A DNA stretch of 63,143 bases, the filler included, from Folioceros fuciformis (Eukaryota), in NCBI GenBank assembly GCA_049999805.1. It is 11 parts of 11 records of this genome, joined end to end, with 100 filler letters (N's around TTAATTAATTAA, not from the genome) between each part and the next. Parts side by side here need not be neighbours in the genome. Positions count along the whole stretch, not along the records: positions 21,267 to 26,172 come from JBNGIO010006491.1; positions 26,273 to 29,869 come from JBNGIO010006492.1; positions 29,970 to 43,429 come from JBNGIO010006493.1; 8 more parts are not named here. One strand, given 5' to 3'. Made by a program: the position numbers and the translations under genes. This document shows positions 21,531 to 34,700 of the stretch, one piece after another (position 1 is the stretch's first letter; the number at the start of each line of letters is the position of its first letter). The notes under the pieces were generated by a model. The model saw only the letters and a list, made by a program, of their open reading frames with translations. It did not search any database and had not been told where the DNA came from.

Positions 21531-24500
21531 TGTTAGAAATCAAGCTCTAACTGAATTGTTATTAAGAGCATACAACACTTACGATAGTGTAGATTATCCC
21601 ATATTGAACTCGTAGTTATCTACCACCTAAGTGATACCAGGTTATACCAGGATATTGCACCCTCGAGACTAAGGCTTACCTTATCGAGGGTTGCCCCGCC
21701 TAAAGGCTATATATGTAGCATCCTGTGCACCATAAGGAATGTACTGTGGAGTCCATCTTAGCTTGTGGTGCTTTTTCAACATGGTATCAAAGCCAGAGAG
21801 AGCGTTGGCGGCCATGGTGGCTATGGCGGGGGTTTGAGGCTATGGCCGTGAGCGTGAAGGTGGCTGGCAATGCAAGCCATTGAAAGGCGCAGGAGGTGCA
21901 GCAGCGTAGGCGGCATAGGAAGCCGCAACAGGCGCCATAGGCACAAGAGCGCGTGAGAGGGAGAGAGACTCAGGAGGAGCAATAACTATTGGAGGCAACC
22001 AGGCCGTGGAAGCCACAGCAGGCCCAGGATTTGCGAGGAGGAAGGCCTGAACTTGGTAAACAATGTTCTGATTTTTTATTTTATTTTTGAAAGCTTGAGC
22101 AAAGGCTGTTTTTGCTTAATGAAGAGTAAGCTGCACATTCCTCACCACAGGGAGGAAATAATTGTGGTGGGTGGATTCTAAAAGACGAAGGGTAGTACTT
22201 TTATTACATAATCTCTTGTGATTCTTCTTTCACTCGTGCTCTCGGCATTGTGTCATAACGTATCATCGGCTTACGCTTTGGTTTAAAATCCACAATAGAT
22301 GTCAAGCGCTTCTACCTCTGGGTCGGGGCTTCTTGGGTCTCGAAGGCTAGGATCAAGACCCCCGTCACCACCCACACCACCTCTAGGTCGGCAAACCATC
22401 AACCCACCACCTTTTGGTGGCCCAGCAGGCAACCCACCACCTCCACCCCCAGTTGGTATCCCCCCACTTCAACCTTACTTCAACATCGTTAATATCAACA
22501 GAGACATGTCTTCAAGGAAAAGGATAGATTTAACGGTACGAAGTTTGAGGTGTGGTCAAAGCGCATGAAGACTATGCTCAACACTCGAGATCTTCTCCCC
22601 ATTGTGGAGGGAACCATTCCCAAGCCCTCCGCTAATCCGGCTGTCATTGATGCTTGGGTTCGTCAAGATTGATAGGCTATGCAGATGTTGATCTCTGGCC
22701 TCGACAAGGTTACCTTACATCACATTGATGGTGCGTCCACATCTGTTGAAGCTTGGAAGCAAATCACTGACATCTATCAGTCCACGAACGTGATGAGGCT
22801 GGTCGCGGTACGCCTGGAATTCTATTCTTTGTGCATGGGCCCCAATGACAACGTTGCTCAGCACGTTAGCAAGTTTCGATATTTGCGAGCCCAGCTTGCT
22901 GCTCTTGGGACAACCATCACCAAATTTGAAGCTGCTGTTCAGTTATTGGCTAGCTTCCTGGCTAGCTACCAGACATTTGTCTCCTCTCAAAACCAAACGG
23001 TGAGAAATGCACATCAGGTTGTGCAGTTGGGTATGGTTCCCAACATCACCGTGTCCGAGATCGCTGGAGCACTCCTTCAAGAGGAGTCTGCCAGGTTCAA
23101 TATCAGGACTTCCAAACATGGAGGAGAGAGGGTCATGTTCGTCTCCAAAGGACGGCAATCGCAGCGTAAGAATTCTTATAATAATAACAATTGAAGGAAT
23201 AACTCCACAGGTACTTCTAAGCCTGCTTCCTCAGCACCCTCTTTGTCGAAGACACCAAGGTGGCAAGGTACGTGCAACTAGTGCCAGTCCCCAGGTCATT
23301 GGGAAAGGGATTGCAGGAAGAAGCAAGTTGGTGAGGCCAAGTGCGAACCTCGCGCGGCAAATACCGTGGTGGTTTCGACTAAGGCCAAGAACCATTCTAA
23401 CCTTGGCCTTGCTCTCACTCTTTGTCTTGTGACCTTTGAGTACAAGAGTTCCTGGCTGATAGATTTTGCCGTGTCAGCGCATATCTATAGCCACAAGTTG
23501 ATGTTTGCTACGTATGCAGCGTCTGCTAATACTCGGCGTTCCGTACTGCTTGGGGATGACTCTGGTCTTTCTATTGCGGGACATGGTTCCATCACCTTCA
23601 CTTTGGATGATGGTTCCTTGCTATTTCTTACTAATGTGCTACATGTTCCCCACATGCCCAAGAATCTTATCTTTGTTAGACATCTGTGCGAGACGGATCC
23701 TTTCGCCTTAACTTTGGCCCTGGAGGCTGTCTGTTATCTCCGACTTCTAACCCACGGGTTATTGTTGCCAAAGGTCATCCTTGTCATGATTTATATGTCC
23801 TTTCAAGCAAGCCCGTGCTTTTAGCGGCTGCCTCTACGATGGTTTCCTCTCACGGAGACCAGCCTTATAGTAGCTCGCATCTAGGTGTAGCTCTCTTGTG
23901 GCATTGCCGGCTCGCGCACCTCAACCCTGCTCGATTGCTTGCCAACTCCCAACAAGACTTGTACCAGGACAAACTTCCTAAGCTTCCGTCAACAAAGCCT
24001 CTCTGCAAAGCTTGTGTCCTTGCTAAACAACGAAGTTCCCCTTATCCTACTCTTCGTGCTCGTCGGTCTTTGGCACCTCTTGATTTGGTCCATGTAGATT
24101 TATGTGGTCCTCTCTCTGTCTCATCTTTAGGCGGATCACTTTACGACTGTTGTGGACGACTTCAGTCGATATACGTTTGTGTTTCCTATCCGTCTTAAGA
24201 GTGACTCGTTTAATGTGTTCTCACCCTTTGTTACTATGGCTGAGTTACAAATTGGCCGTACACTTCGGTGTATTCGCTCCGACAATGCGGGAGAACTCAA
24301 CAACCATCAGTTTCATGACTTCTGCGAGCAGCGTGGTGTCTTGCGTCAGTTTACAGTGCCCTAGACTTCTGAGCAGAACGGCGTTGCTGAGAAGGCCTAT
24401 GGTGATTTGATGTCCATGGCTCGTGCCATGCAGGCACAGCCCCAACTACCCAAGTCCTTTTGGGCTGAGGCTATGTCTACTGCAGTGTACATTAAGAACA

Positions 24501-26172
24501 GAGTCCTCACCAAGTCGGTTTCTGGCCGTACTCCATATGAGTGTTGGCATGGGAGCAAGCCTTTAATTTCACATCTTCATGTTTTGGTTGCCCTGCTTAT
24601 GCTCTTGTCCCATTACAGCTTCGCGACAAGCTTGATGCTCGTGCTTGCAAGTTGGTGTTTGTCGGTTATGGCGATGACCGCAAAGCCTACAAGCTCGTGG
24701 ACTTGGACTCTCGGATTCCTATCTACGCCCGCACTGTCACCTTTGATGAAGCTAAGATAGTGCCTGCTATTGCGACTCCATTTGAGCCTCCTCTTGACGT
24801 GCAAGATGGTGCTTCCTTTGGCTCGAGCACTCCTCGCTCTTCTGGTGATACGTCTATTGATCCCTTTGTTCAGACCTTTACTTTTCTGACTGGTGGTGTT
24901 CCTCCTCCTCCTATGGCTCCTATCCCTCAAGCAGTTTTGGTGCCGCCAGTTGCTAGTTCTGCTCCCCAAGTGCAGCCCACTCCTGAGTCCTCTGTTCCTG
25001 CTCGAGAGGGGGACATGGAAATAGACCACGAGGTAGTATATGAGGACCCCCGTATGGAACAAGGTGATGTTGAACATGTTGATTTTGAACACGTGGTGCC
25101 CCATGATATTCCTCAAGCACCTGTCACTCCTCCATCCCCACCTAGGCCCCCGGCTGCTCTTGAGCATAGATATCCTACTCGTGTGCGCCAGCCTAGGCAT
25201 CTCTAGAAGGAACAACCATTTGATATTGAGTTTAATCAAGCTAGTTTAACCTATGTTAATTCTTTGGATGCTCTCTATGCCTTAAGTGTTTTTGCTGCAG
25301 AAGGAGATCCTTTAACCTTACAAGATGCATACTCGAGACCCGAGGGAGCCAAATGGAAGCTAGCTATTGGCGATGAGTACAACTCATTACTTAAAAACAA
25401 CACTTAGACTTTGGTTAGTTTGCCTAAGGGTAGGACCACTGTCACGTGCAAATGGGTTCTTAAAACTAAGTTCCAGGAAGTAGAGCCACGAATTCGCTAC
25501 AAGTCGAGATTAGTATCTAAGGGATATAGTCAAAAAGAGGGAGTGGATTATCAAGGCGATAAGGTCTACTCACCCGTCGTCAAGGCTGCATCAGTTAGAA
25601 TGCTCCTTGCTTTATGTGCTGAACTAAACTTGGAGATCTATTAGCTTGATGTGTGTACAACCTTTCTGTATGGTCATCTCAAGGAAGAGATCTACATGGA
25701 TCAACCCGAGGATTACGAAGATAAGGTTTGTCCACAAAAGGTGTGTAAACTTAATCACTCAATTTATGGCCTTAAGCAAGCCCACGACTGTGGTATGAGA
25801 GAATGGATTCATATATTAAGAAAATAGGTTTTGTTCAAAGTGAAGCAAATACTAATATTTATGTGCTACGCAAGGATAGCTCACCTGTTCTAGTTGCACT
25901 CTACGTGGATGACTTAGTCATTGCAAGCAATAACGTTGAACTAGTCAACAAGATAAAAGCTGATCTCAGCAGGGAATTCAAGATGAAGGACCTGGGAAAG
26001 GTCAAGTATATCTTTGGCATGCATGTACATAGGGATACCACAAGTGCTATCTATCTTCACCAAGGTAGATATGTAGCCGGTATGCTCAAACGCTTCAACA
26101 TGGAGAATGCTAGGGCGTCAACCACCCCAGGTGCGTTTGGAGTCAAGCTCTCATCTGCCTCATGTCCCCAAT
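21531..26172 (+). mobile_element. Decayed Ty1/copia element: 5' LTR 21531-21781, PBS 21782-21794, fragmented gag-pol from 22299
   Basis: TGTT...AACA LTR, TGGTATCAAAGCC, gag FKEKDRFNG, WHCRLAH, VHVDLCGP, RSDNAGE and LYVDDL spread over many frames. Confidence 0.9.
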
Positions 26173-26272
26173 NNNNNNNNNNNNNNNNNNNNNNNNNNNN
26201 NNNNNNNNNNNNNNNNTTAATTAATTAANNNNNNNNNNNNNNNNNNNNNNNNNNNNNNNNNNNNNNNNNNNN

Positions 26273-26523
26273 GAGTCTAGACCACCGATGATCAACGCGA
26301 CAGCAATGGCGTTGAACTGCTCCCACTTGGCGATCTCTTCTGGGGTTGGTGCTGGGTTGCTGGACGGGTCAGGTTTGAGGTATGTTCCATCTATAGTGGT
26401 CCAAACTCCCCTGGCCAGCAAGGTGGCCTTCATCCTGACCCTCCAGACATTATACCCATGCCCTTTGAACCTATCCCTCTCCTTAATTTCAGAGGTGAAG
26501 GTAGGCAGACTGGCAGATGCCAT
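26273..26523 (-). CDS. Copia gag N-terminus (partial)
   Basis: IKERDRFKGHGYNVWRVRMKATLLARGVWTTIDG. Confidence 0.85.
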
Positions 26524-26892
26524 AGCTGATTGTGGGATAGGGTGTAATGAAACCACTGGTGGGGGAGTTCAGCTATGCAGCGGTGAACATGAACACCTAA
26601 GCTATCCAGCCGTGATGGAGGCTTTCACAATTGGCTGTCTCTCTCTTATTAACTCACGTGGCAGCAACATGGGGGCGCGTAGGTTGTTTAACTACAAACC
26701 CTAAAACTAGCATGTGATTAGGGTTTGACTAACGGACGTGTCCCAGCCACATGAAAAGGTTTTCCAGGTGGACCAATACGGGAGCACCAAGTGAGGCCAT
26801 AGCAGGGGACACGGAATACATTGCGCCGGTTCGCATCTGGATCGCCTGGCCTCGTGCTCTGGATTGCTGATACTCCCTTGCAGCGAAAGGAT

Positions 26893-27453
26893 CTAATGGA
26901 GGCTGTCCGATGTTGATGAGGAGGGTAAGCCCTCCAAGATTTGGCCTAGAAATTCTGCAATCTGCTGGGCGTTCGTCTTGGTTTCATCAATCGGGGATTG
27001 ACCAACTTGAGGGTCTGTGGCACAGCCTTGAGCGTTGATCCTAGAGGAAACTTGGTAAGACAGCAGGCTGGACATCAATCTCTCCACGTGGCTGAGAATG
27101 TTTTGTGATCTGTCAAGAATCTTCCTCAGCCCCTTGAAAGAATTGATGTCGGTTTTGTCTTTGTGCCTTGCAGGTGCTTCATGCGTTGCGGAGTTTTGTA
27201 CCGCGTAGCATACGTGACACATGGGGGCACAGGATTCGCGGACGTAGTGTGCGTCGGAGGGGCCTCCGCGCGGCGTAGGTAGAGACCAACGCAAATTGGG
27301 GAGGGTTTGCCACCGGGCGTCTGCCCTTCTAGAGGAACGCGCAGTCTCAAAGGAGAGATGCGATGTGTGACCAGATGGTTGACCTTCAGTAGAGAATTCC
27401 CTGAAAGATTTGCATCCGTGTCTGCCCCTAGAAGATGCACTGCGTCTTGGCAT
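26893..27453 (-). CDS. Extra leader ORF (186 aa) between PBS and gag
   Basis: ATG about 30 nt after the PBS; Arg-rich N-terminus, CAPMCHVC motif, amphipathic helices. Confidence 0.55.
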   Translation of the reverse strand: MPRRSASSRGRHGCKSFREFSTEGQPSGHTSHLSFETARSSRRADARWQTLPNLRWSLPTPRGGPSDAHYVRESCAPMCHVCYAVQNSATHEAPARHKDKTDINSFKGLRKILDRSQNILSHVERLMSSLLSYQVSSRINAQGCATDPQVGQSPIDETKTNAQQIAEFLGQILEGLPSSSTSDSLH

Positions 27454-27484
27454 GATTCCATAATTCCTCTAGGCGTATCTGCAT

Positions 27485-27733
27485 GGCTCTGATACCATGT
27501 CAGAGATGTAAACTAAGAGTAGCGTGCAAAGTAAAATGCTTTGTTCATATGGAAGTGTCTTACAACAACAATAATAATCATATGCCAACCACCGCCCTTG
27601 CTAAGTAACTGCCTATGTGCCATATGCAACGTTTCACCATCCATGCCGTTCCACCAGCCATATCGTTTCAGGTGGTTTAATTACTATAATATATTTATGC
27701 CTAAATGGTATTTTATTCTAATACCCCCTCTTA
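27485..27733 (-). mobile_element. PPT-LTR-PBS junction (LTR 27498-27723)
   Basis: Minus strand: AAGAGGGGG, TATTAGA...TCTGACA, TGGTATCAGAGCC. Confidence 0.8.
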
Positions 27734-28414
27734 AACCAAATGCGGAAACGATGTGAGGATAGGGCACGCGCCGTCACAAGTTGCGGATCAGGGACTAAGA
27801 GACGCGCGACAACGGGTGGTAGAACTTGGATGCTATCTCGAGAGGGCCGCCGCGCATGTCGTTGAAGACGAGTGGAGCTGGAAACCTGTAGGCTGCAGTC
27901 ACAGCGCTTAAGAGAGGACCCGGATGCATTGCAGAGACACGCACCGAGCGGGTTATCTCAGCTTCCAGGCGTCAGTCGGGGCAGCATCACATCAGGCGGG
28001 TTTGACCGGTCTTGCGAGCTTCCACATCGGGACCAGCAGATCTGAAGGCATGAGAGCGGGCGCGTAGTGCCGACCTGAGGCATCGCGGTGCACTGTGGGA
28101 AAGGCTCAGCTCAGAGTTGGCGCGTGTTGGGGAGATGTCCACGCCGCGGGGCCACGGGTATCTCTCCTCGTGCGCTGATTTCAAAAGCTGTGTCTTCTTA
28201 TCCGCGCAGGATGGCTGGAGATCAAGTCTGCTGATCGGTCTCTTACCTTGGGCTGTGTATTAGCAGGTCGCGGACGCCGAGGAATGCTATGAAGCCTTGG
28301 CGGGGCTGAAGCCAGACGCTTGGATCAATTGCTGAAGCTTCATCCGTCTGGTGAGCTGGTGTGCAGGTAGCTTTGCAGGCTTCCCCCCACCCCCCTCTCA
28401 CTGGCGCAGCCCTT

Positions 28415-29869
28415 TCATGTTTCGATGTAGGCAGAATAGTCACAGAGGCCAAGCCCCCGCATGTGAAGGTAATGGGGGTGCTTAGGCAAACCCTTTGTGA
28501 ATATATCTGCTGTATTTGAATCTGTACTAACGTGACTAACATTGATGATGCCCCTGGATACCAGATCTCGAATATAGTGATGGTGCACTTCGATGTGCTT
28601 CGTTCGGGCGTGGAAGGTTGGCTTGGATACTAGCTCCAGAGCTGAAGTGTTGTCACATAAAATAACTGTGGGCTCTGATTGTGGGTGGCCAAGATCCGTA
28701 AGGAAACTTCTTTCCCACTCTGCTTCTTTGGCTGCTTCAGTCAGCGATTTATATTCTGCTTTCGTGGAGCTGAGGGTAAAGGTGGATTGTTTTTTGCTGC
28801 TCCAGGTGACTGCTGCTGATGCCAGAAGGAAACAGTAAGACGAAATGCTGCGTCTGGAATCTGAATCCGAAGCCCAATCGGCATCTGAATAACCAGATAA
28901 GGTAAGCCGTTGGTCTCCGCTTCTTCTATACATTAGGCCATAGTTTGTTGTGCCCTGGAGATAACGAAAAATTCGTTTCACTGCTGTCCAGTGAACTCTC
29001 CCGGGACATTCAAGGAATTGGGATACAGTGCTAACAGAGTACTGTATGTCTGGCCGCGTCCAGTTGGCAACAAAGAGCAAGTTGCCCACTGCATGCCTGT
29101 ATGGTACACCTTCCATGTCTTTTAATTCATCTGGAGTCTGAGGACTTTGTTGACGGGTTAGTTTAGTGCCAACCGCATATGGAGTTGTAGCGGGTCTTGC
29201 CTGGTCTAAGTGAAATTTGCGTAGAATTTCAATGATGTACTTCCTCTGGTGTATGAACATGATCCCGGCGTCACGTACACGTAGAAGTTGAATGCCTAGG
29301 CAGTACCTCAACTCTCCGATGTCCTTCATGTCGAACCTCTGGTGTAGCTGTCTCTTTACGTCTGCTAACAGTGCGTGGTCATTTGTGGCAAGGATCAAAT
29401 CGTCGACGTATAGGGCAAGCAGCACAACAGAAGTCCCTCTCGTGAGCATGTATACATTTGTGTCGGCAGTGTTCTGAACGAAGTCAATACTTGTCAGGTA
29501 AACGTGCATTGTGAGGTACCATACCCTTCCACTTTGTTTCAGCCTGTAGATACATTTTAATAACCTAAGCACTTTATGTGGATGTGCAAGGTCTTCATAG
29601 CCTTCGGGCTGAAACATGTACAGTTCCTCATCAAGGACCCCGTACAAGAAAGCGGTGCATACGTCCATTTGCTCAAGATCAAGGTCGAACTCTGTGGCGT
29701 AAGCAAGGATGAGGCGGATGGACAGGCTGCGGACAACAGGTGAGAATGTTTCCTGGTAGTCCAGCCCTTCCACTTGAGTAAATCCCCTCGCCACGAGTCG
29801 TGCCTTGAACCTGGCCACTTCCCCTTTAGCATTAAGTTTTAATTTGAAGGTCCATTTGCAGGAAATGGC
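28415..29869 (-). CDS. Copia RT-RNase H (5'-partial)
   Basis: FKARLVARG, QMDVCTAFLYG, LYVDDL, YSDADWA, NTADIFTK. Confidence 0.95.
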   Translation of the reverse strand, partial: AISCKWTFKLKLNAKGEVARFKARLVARGFTQVEGLDYQETFSPVVRSLSIRLILAYATEFDLDLEQMDVCTAFLYGVLDEELYMFQPEGYEDLAHPHKVLRLLKCIYRLKQSGRVWYLTMHVYLTSIDFVQNTADTNVYMLTRGTSVVLLALYVDDLILATNDHALLADVKRQLHQRFDMKDIGELRYCLGIQLLRVRDAGIMFIHQRKYIIEILRKFHLDQARPATTPYAVGTKLTRQQSPQTPDELKDMEGVPYRHAVGNLLFVANWTRPDIQYSVSTVSQFLECPGRVHWTAVKRIFRYLQGTTNYGLMYRRSGDQRLTLSGYSDADWASDSDSRRSISSYCFLLASAAVTWSSKKQSTFTLSSTKAEYKSLTEAAKEAEWERSFLTDLGHPQSEPTVILCDNTSALELVSKPTFHARTKHIEVHHHYIRDLVSRGIINVSHVSTDSNTADIFTKGLPKHPHYLHMRGLGLCDYSAYIET

Positions 29870-30892
29870 NNNNNNNNNNNNNNNNNNNNNNNNNNNNNNN
29901 NNNNNNNNNNNNNTTAATTAATTAANNNNNNNNNNNNNNNNNNNNNNNNNNNNNNNNNNNNNNNNNNNNGCATATGCTAATATATATGTTTCCGAAATAA
30001 TCAACTTATCTAGCTTCGGGGCACGCCAAATTCGGGGGTGTTCGCGCTCCCTTCCTACTAGCTGAGAGGAGCGTATCTCCTTTGGCAAATACCTACCCTC
30101 GAATGCATTACCATTTTTTTTTATTCACCATTATATGACAAGGCAGGGGTCATTTGATGTGGTATCTACAGCTTGGACTTGGGCAACCCAAAATGGCTGA
30201 TTCTGCTAATCACCTTCACAAGGGATCGCGATCATATCACCCTCCTAGATTTTGGAAACATTGCCTTCCAACCTCGCTCCTTCCATTGCTGCAATTCTCG
30301 TTGGCCGATAGGGTCCGACGTACATATGCCTTCGCTCAGCAGACTAGTGTACTAAATCCCCTTCTTCTGGGACTGGATACGCCACCCCTTCCACACTAGG
30401 GGATGGCACATTCAATTTCCGGTCTTCTCCACTGAGAATTCGATGGGCGATATGTTCTTGTCACAACCAAAAGGACCACCAGCACTCCTTGTCTTTGGCG
30501 CTTAAATATGTTTTCATCAAATCTTCCAACAGCTTCCTGAACTATGCCAAACTATGTAGAGGATTGGGATCATGTTCCTTCCCGTGAATCTGCAGGCCCA
30601 ATAGGGGCACGCCAACAATTGGAGTTGCCCGAATTCTGTGGAAAAATTCCAAATCCTCCTATGGCTTCCATTGTCGAGACGTCGACAATGGCTTTCCACG
30701 GAGGATAGTAATCATCATGCCTCCACATCGCTCCTCTCGTGTTATTTTGAACTGATGTTGGTAACTATGATTATGTAAGTTGCAAATTGCTGCATCGTTC
30801 ATCCCTCGCTGGCCTGTTCCCTCTAGCCATACGTAGGCTCAAAAGTCCACCACCTCCATCACCATCTCCACCTCCGGATTGGGAGTGTACAC

Positions 30893-31418
30893 CTACATGA
30901 TTAGCTGCAACATGGTCTCTAATGACAATGCCTTCTTATGCTTCACTGTCTTTGAAAAACATGAGAACATTTGATCAACAACATCGTGCATGTGCCCTAC
31001 CAAGAGGAAGCCAATCTTCACCTTCTCAAAAGTCCCTTTCTCCACAAGCATGCTTAAATATGCAAACAAAAGCATGTTCTTATTTTCTCGGGCGCTGTTG
31101 TCTAATTGTAGATAAAATGTCTTGAGTAATACTCCTGTATGCTTAGAGATGACGTCCTGTATAATATGAATTGTCAAGTTTGCATCATTTTGGATGTTAG
31201 GAAAATTCAGGAAAACCTTCATCCAAACTCCATTGTTGTATACAAGACACCCAACAAGATGCACATGGATGAGCCCGTCTGCAAAATCTTTTGGCAATCT
31301 CGTGAAGTGTGGAAGTTCCATTTTGCTTTGATCCATTCCATCTATCGCCATTCCAATATACTGCCTTGGGCGTCCTTGACATTTGAGTTGATGCTTCCCT
31401 AACTTTGCTCTCTTCTAT
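30893..31418 (-). pseudogene. Sola-like DNA transposase, catalytic half
   Basis: IDGMDQSK, YLQLDNSARENKN, FLLVGHMHDVVDQMFS. Confidence 0.7.
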
Positions 31419-31759
31419 TTAATCCGTTCCCGATGGACTCAAAGCTTGTCTTTGAAGGACCCTGGCAATACACAACATGGATGACAATCAGGTCCGGGAG
31501 GTCAATCAACATACACAAGGATGCTTTACCGTCATCTAGGCGGAGGCGTGCCCTAGAGCGCACCAACAGCATTGTCGCACTAGGGGAGGTTGGGTCCCCA
31601 CAGCGACGCAGGAGGAGCTGGGGCGCCCACGGGCGCGCTACTTCCTCCTTCATCACACTTCTAGCTGTGCCAGGCGCACCAAGGAGTGTGCCAACTCCCA
31701 TGGCGCACCCAGGATGCGCCAACTCTCATTACGTGCTCCTAGGTGCGCCAACTCCCATG

Positions 31760-34700
31760 TGAAGGATCGCTAGAGGAGCCACATGGTGAAGGAGGAGAGG
31801 AGGAAGAGAGGTCACACCCTCAGTGTCTCACATTGCAAGGGAGCTTAAGGGGGTATTTATACCCTCTAGAAAAGCTCCCAAGGAAGCTACGCAAGAAGCT
31901 TCCTACAGATTAGCTTAAGCTAATCTAAACAAATGATACTTAACTAGACAATAATCTTAGACTAAGCACATTGGGCTTTAATAACCCTACAACCTCCCAC
32001 TTAAAGGCCAATTTACCTTCATAGGAGAGTGGTCTACCTCATGCCCATGAGCGTCCGGGCTTGTGTGAATTGCTTTGTAGAGAGCCCCTTGGTAAGAACA
32101 TCTACAGGGTTTGGACTGGTGTGAACTTTGACAAGCTGTACCCTCTTGTGTACCCTTCCTCTGTGTGGATCTCTTGGGCTATCCCTTCACCACCACCTAC
32201 AAGTTTGGTAGGGAAGGGTTCCCCTTGTTCCTCAACCTTCCCTACGTAGGGTGGGAATGTTCCCTCCGTAGGTAGGGTACCTACCATTCCTACCCCTCCT
32301 CTCGTAGGTAGGTTCCCTACAGGAGTAGGTACCCCTTGCTGCGTGCTCTTCCTAGCCCATAGCAGCTCCTCAGGTTCCCATTGCGAGCTCTCCAGGTCCA
32401 TACTGCTGTCCTCTTGAAAGTCTGTTGGTAGAGGCACTGTCTCCAGGGCCTCACGGTCGTCATCATGTGGCCCAAAATACCTTCGTCTTGCCAATGCTGC
32501 CAGTTCCTTGTGATGAGCGAGTAGACGTTGGTGTAGGTGGAGGTTGCGATTCTGTTGAGCTAGATCTATGGTATCCATGTCAACAACCCAATCCCCACCC
32601 TTCACTCAATACCTTCCCCTTCTCCATATTAAAACGTCGAAGCACCTTGTTAATGGATTCAGTCTGAGACAAGTAAAGCAAATGCTTCTGTCTATCTCGA
32701 TGAATACGCATTCCAAGAATAAGGCTTGCCTCTCCCAAGTTTGTCATGTCAAAACGACCATTCAACTTTGACTTCAACGCTGAAATCTCATCATTGTTAG
32801 TCCCAGCAATTAGCATATCATCCACGTAGAGGACCAGAATGAGCAAGCTTCCATCCTTAGCTTGCTTTGTATAGAGGCAATGATCGCATTGCTACGCTTG
32901 TAGCCTTGAGAAAGCATAAATGAGTGGAACTTGAAATACCACTCCCTGGGTGCCTGCTTCAAGCCATAAAGGCTCTTCTTTAACCTGCACACCAGATTCT
33001 CTTTGCCCTTCTCAATGAAACCCTCTGGTTGCTGCATGTATACCTCTTCCTGGAGATCACCACGCAAAAATGCCGACTTCACATCCATCTGGACAAGTTC
33101 CATGTCGTTCCTTGCAACTAGACCAAGAACACATCGCAAGGTGGTCATTTTGACGACTGGTGAGAAAATCTCATCAAAGTCAATACCTTGCTGTTGCTTA
33201 AAACCCTTAGCAACCAATCGTGCCTTGTACTTGGGTTTGCCATAATGGGGTATGTCCTTCATCTTATACACCCATTTGCATGGCAATGCCTTCTTGCCCT
33301 TAGGCAACCGAACCAACTCCCAAGTTTGGTTCTTGTGGAGAAAATCCATATGCGACTGCATCGCCTTCTCCCACTTGTCCTTGTCAGTCACTGACATGGC
33401 CTCTTGGTAACAAGAGGGCTCCCCACAATCCATCAGCATGACATAATCAAGAGATGCAACATACCTATCAGGAGGACGTGAGATCCTTCCTGACCTACGA
33501 AGCACTGGCGCCTCGACCGGAGCTAGTTGCACTCTTTCCTCTTGTATGAGTGGAGGAACTTGTTCCTGCACATCACGACGTTTAACCTACGCGGGATGGT
33601 CAAGTCCATCTTCTTGAAAGACCACCCGTCGCACCTCCATAGTTCGAGTAGGCTTCTTGTGCATCTTGGTCTCATTGAAGAACACATCATTGCTGCGAAC
33701 CATTTTCTTGGCCACTGGATCCCATAGACGGTATCCCATCTCACCAGATTCACCATAGCTAAGAAAAATACATTTTCTTGACTTAGGAGCCAATTTGTCC
33801 CGAAACTCCTTCGGAACATGATAGCATGCCTCGCAGCCAAACACTCGTAGATGCTTGTATGACGGCTTCTTTCTAGACCACATCTCCTTTGGAACCTGTT
33901 CATCCACAGCCTTATTAGGAGATCTGTTAATAAGATGCACCGCAGTAACCACTGCTTTTGCCCAAAATCCGTTAGGCAATCCAGAGTTTGACAACAAACT
34001 ACGCATCCTCTCCTGGATGGTCCTGTTCATCTGCTCAGCCACACCATTCTGGGGAGGAGTCTACGGCGTAGTCAATTCTCTCTTGATTCCCTTGGAATCA
34101 CAGAATGACTGGAAAGGCTTCGAGACATACTCTCCCCCATTGATTGTCCTCAGACACTTCAGCTGGAGGCTAGATTGATTCTCCACAAGGGTAACAAATT
34201 TCTGAAACACTGTCAGAACATCATCCTTTTTCCTCAAAGGATAAACCCACACCTTGCGTGAGAAGTCATCAATGACAGTGACAAAATAGGATGCACCGCC
34301 TAATGATACAGTGGGCATAGGTCCACAAACGTCACTGTGAACCAATTCAAAAAGTTTACTTTTGTGTTTACCTCTTGCTCCATGTGGTGACTTCGTCTGT
34401 TTCCCATACAAACAGTGCTCACACACGGAGAAATCGGAGAAGTCAAAAGCAGGGACGTAACCAAAACGAGATAAGATCTTCATTCTTTTTTGAGACATAT
34501 GTCCTAACCGACTATGCCACAAGGAAACACTTGGCTGTTCCGTTACACAAATCACATGATCCTTGACAGTGGTTACCTGAAGTGAGTACAAAGTGCCACA
34601 CTTTGATCCACGAGCTAACACAAGAGAACCTTTAGAGATCTTCCAAGAACGATCTCCAAACCAATAGTGGTAGCCAGCGTCATCCAGCTGCCTTGAGCTA

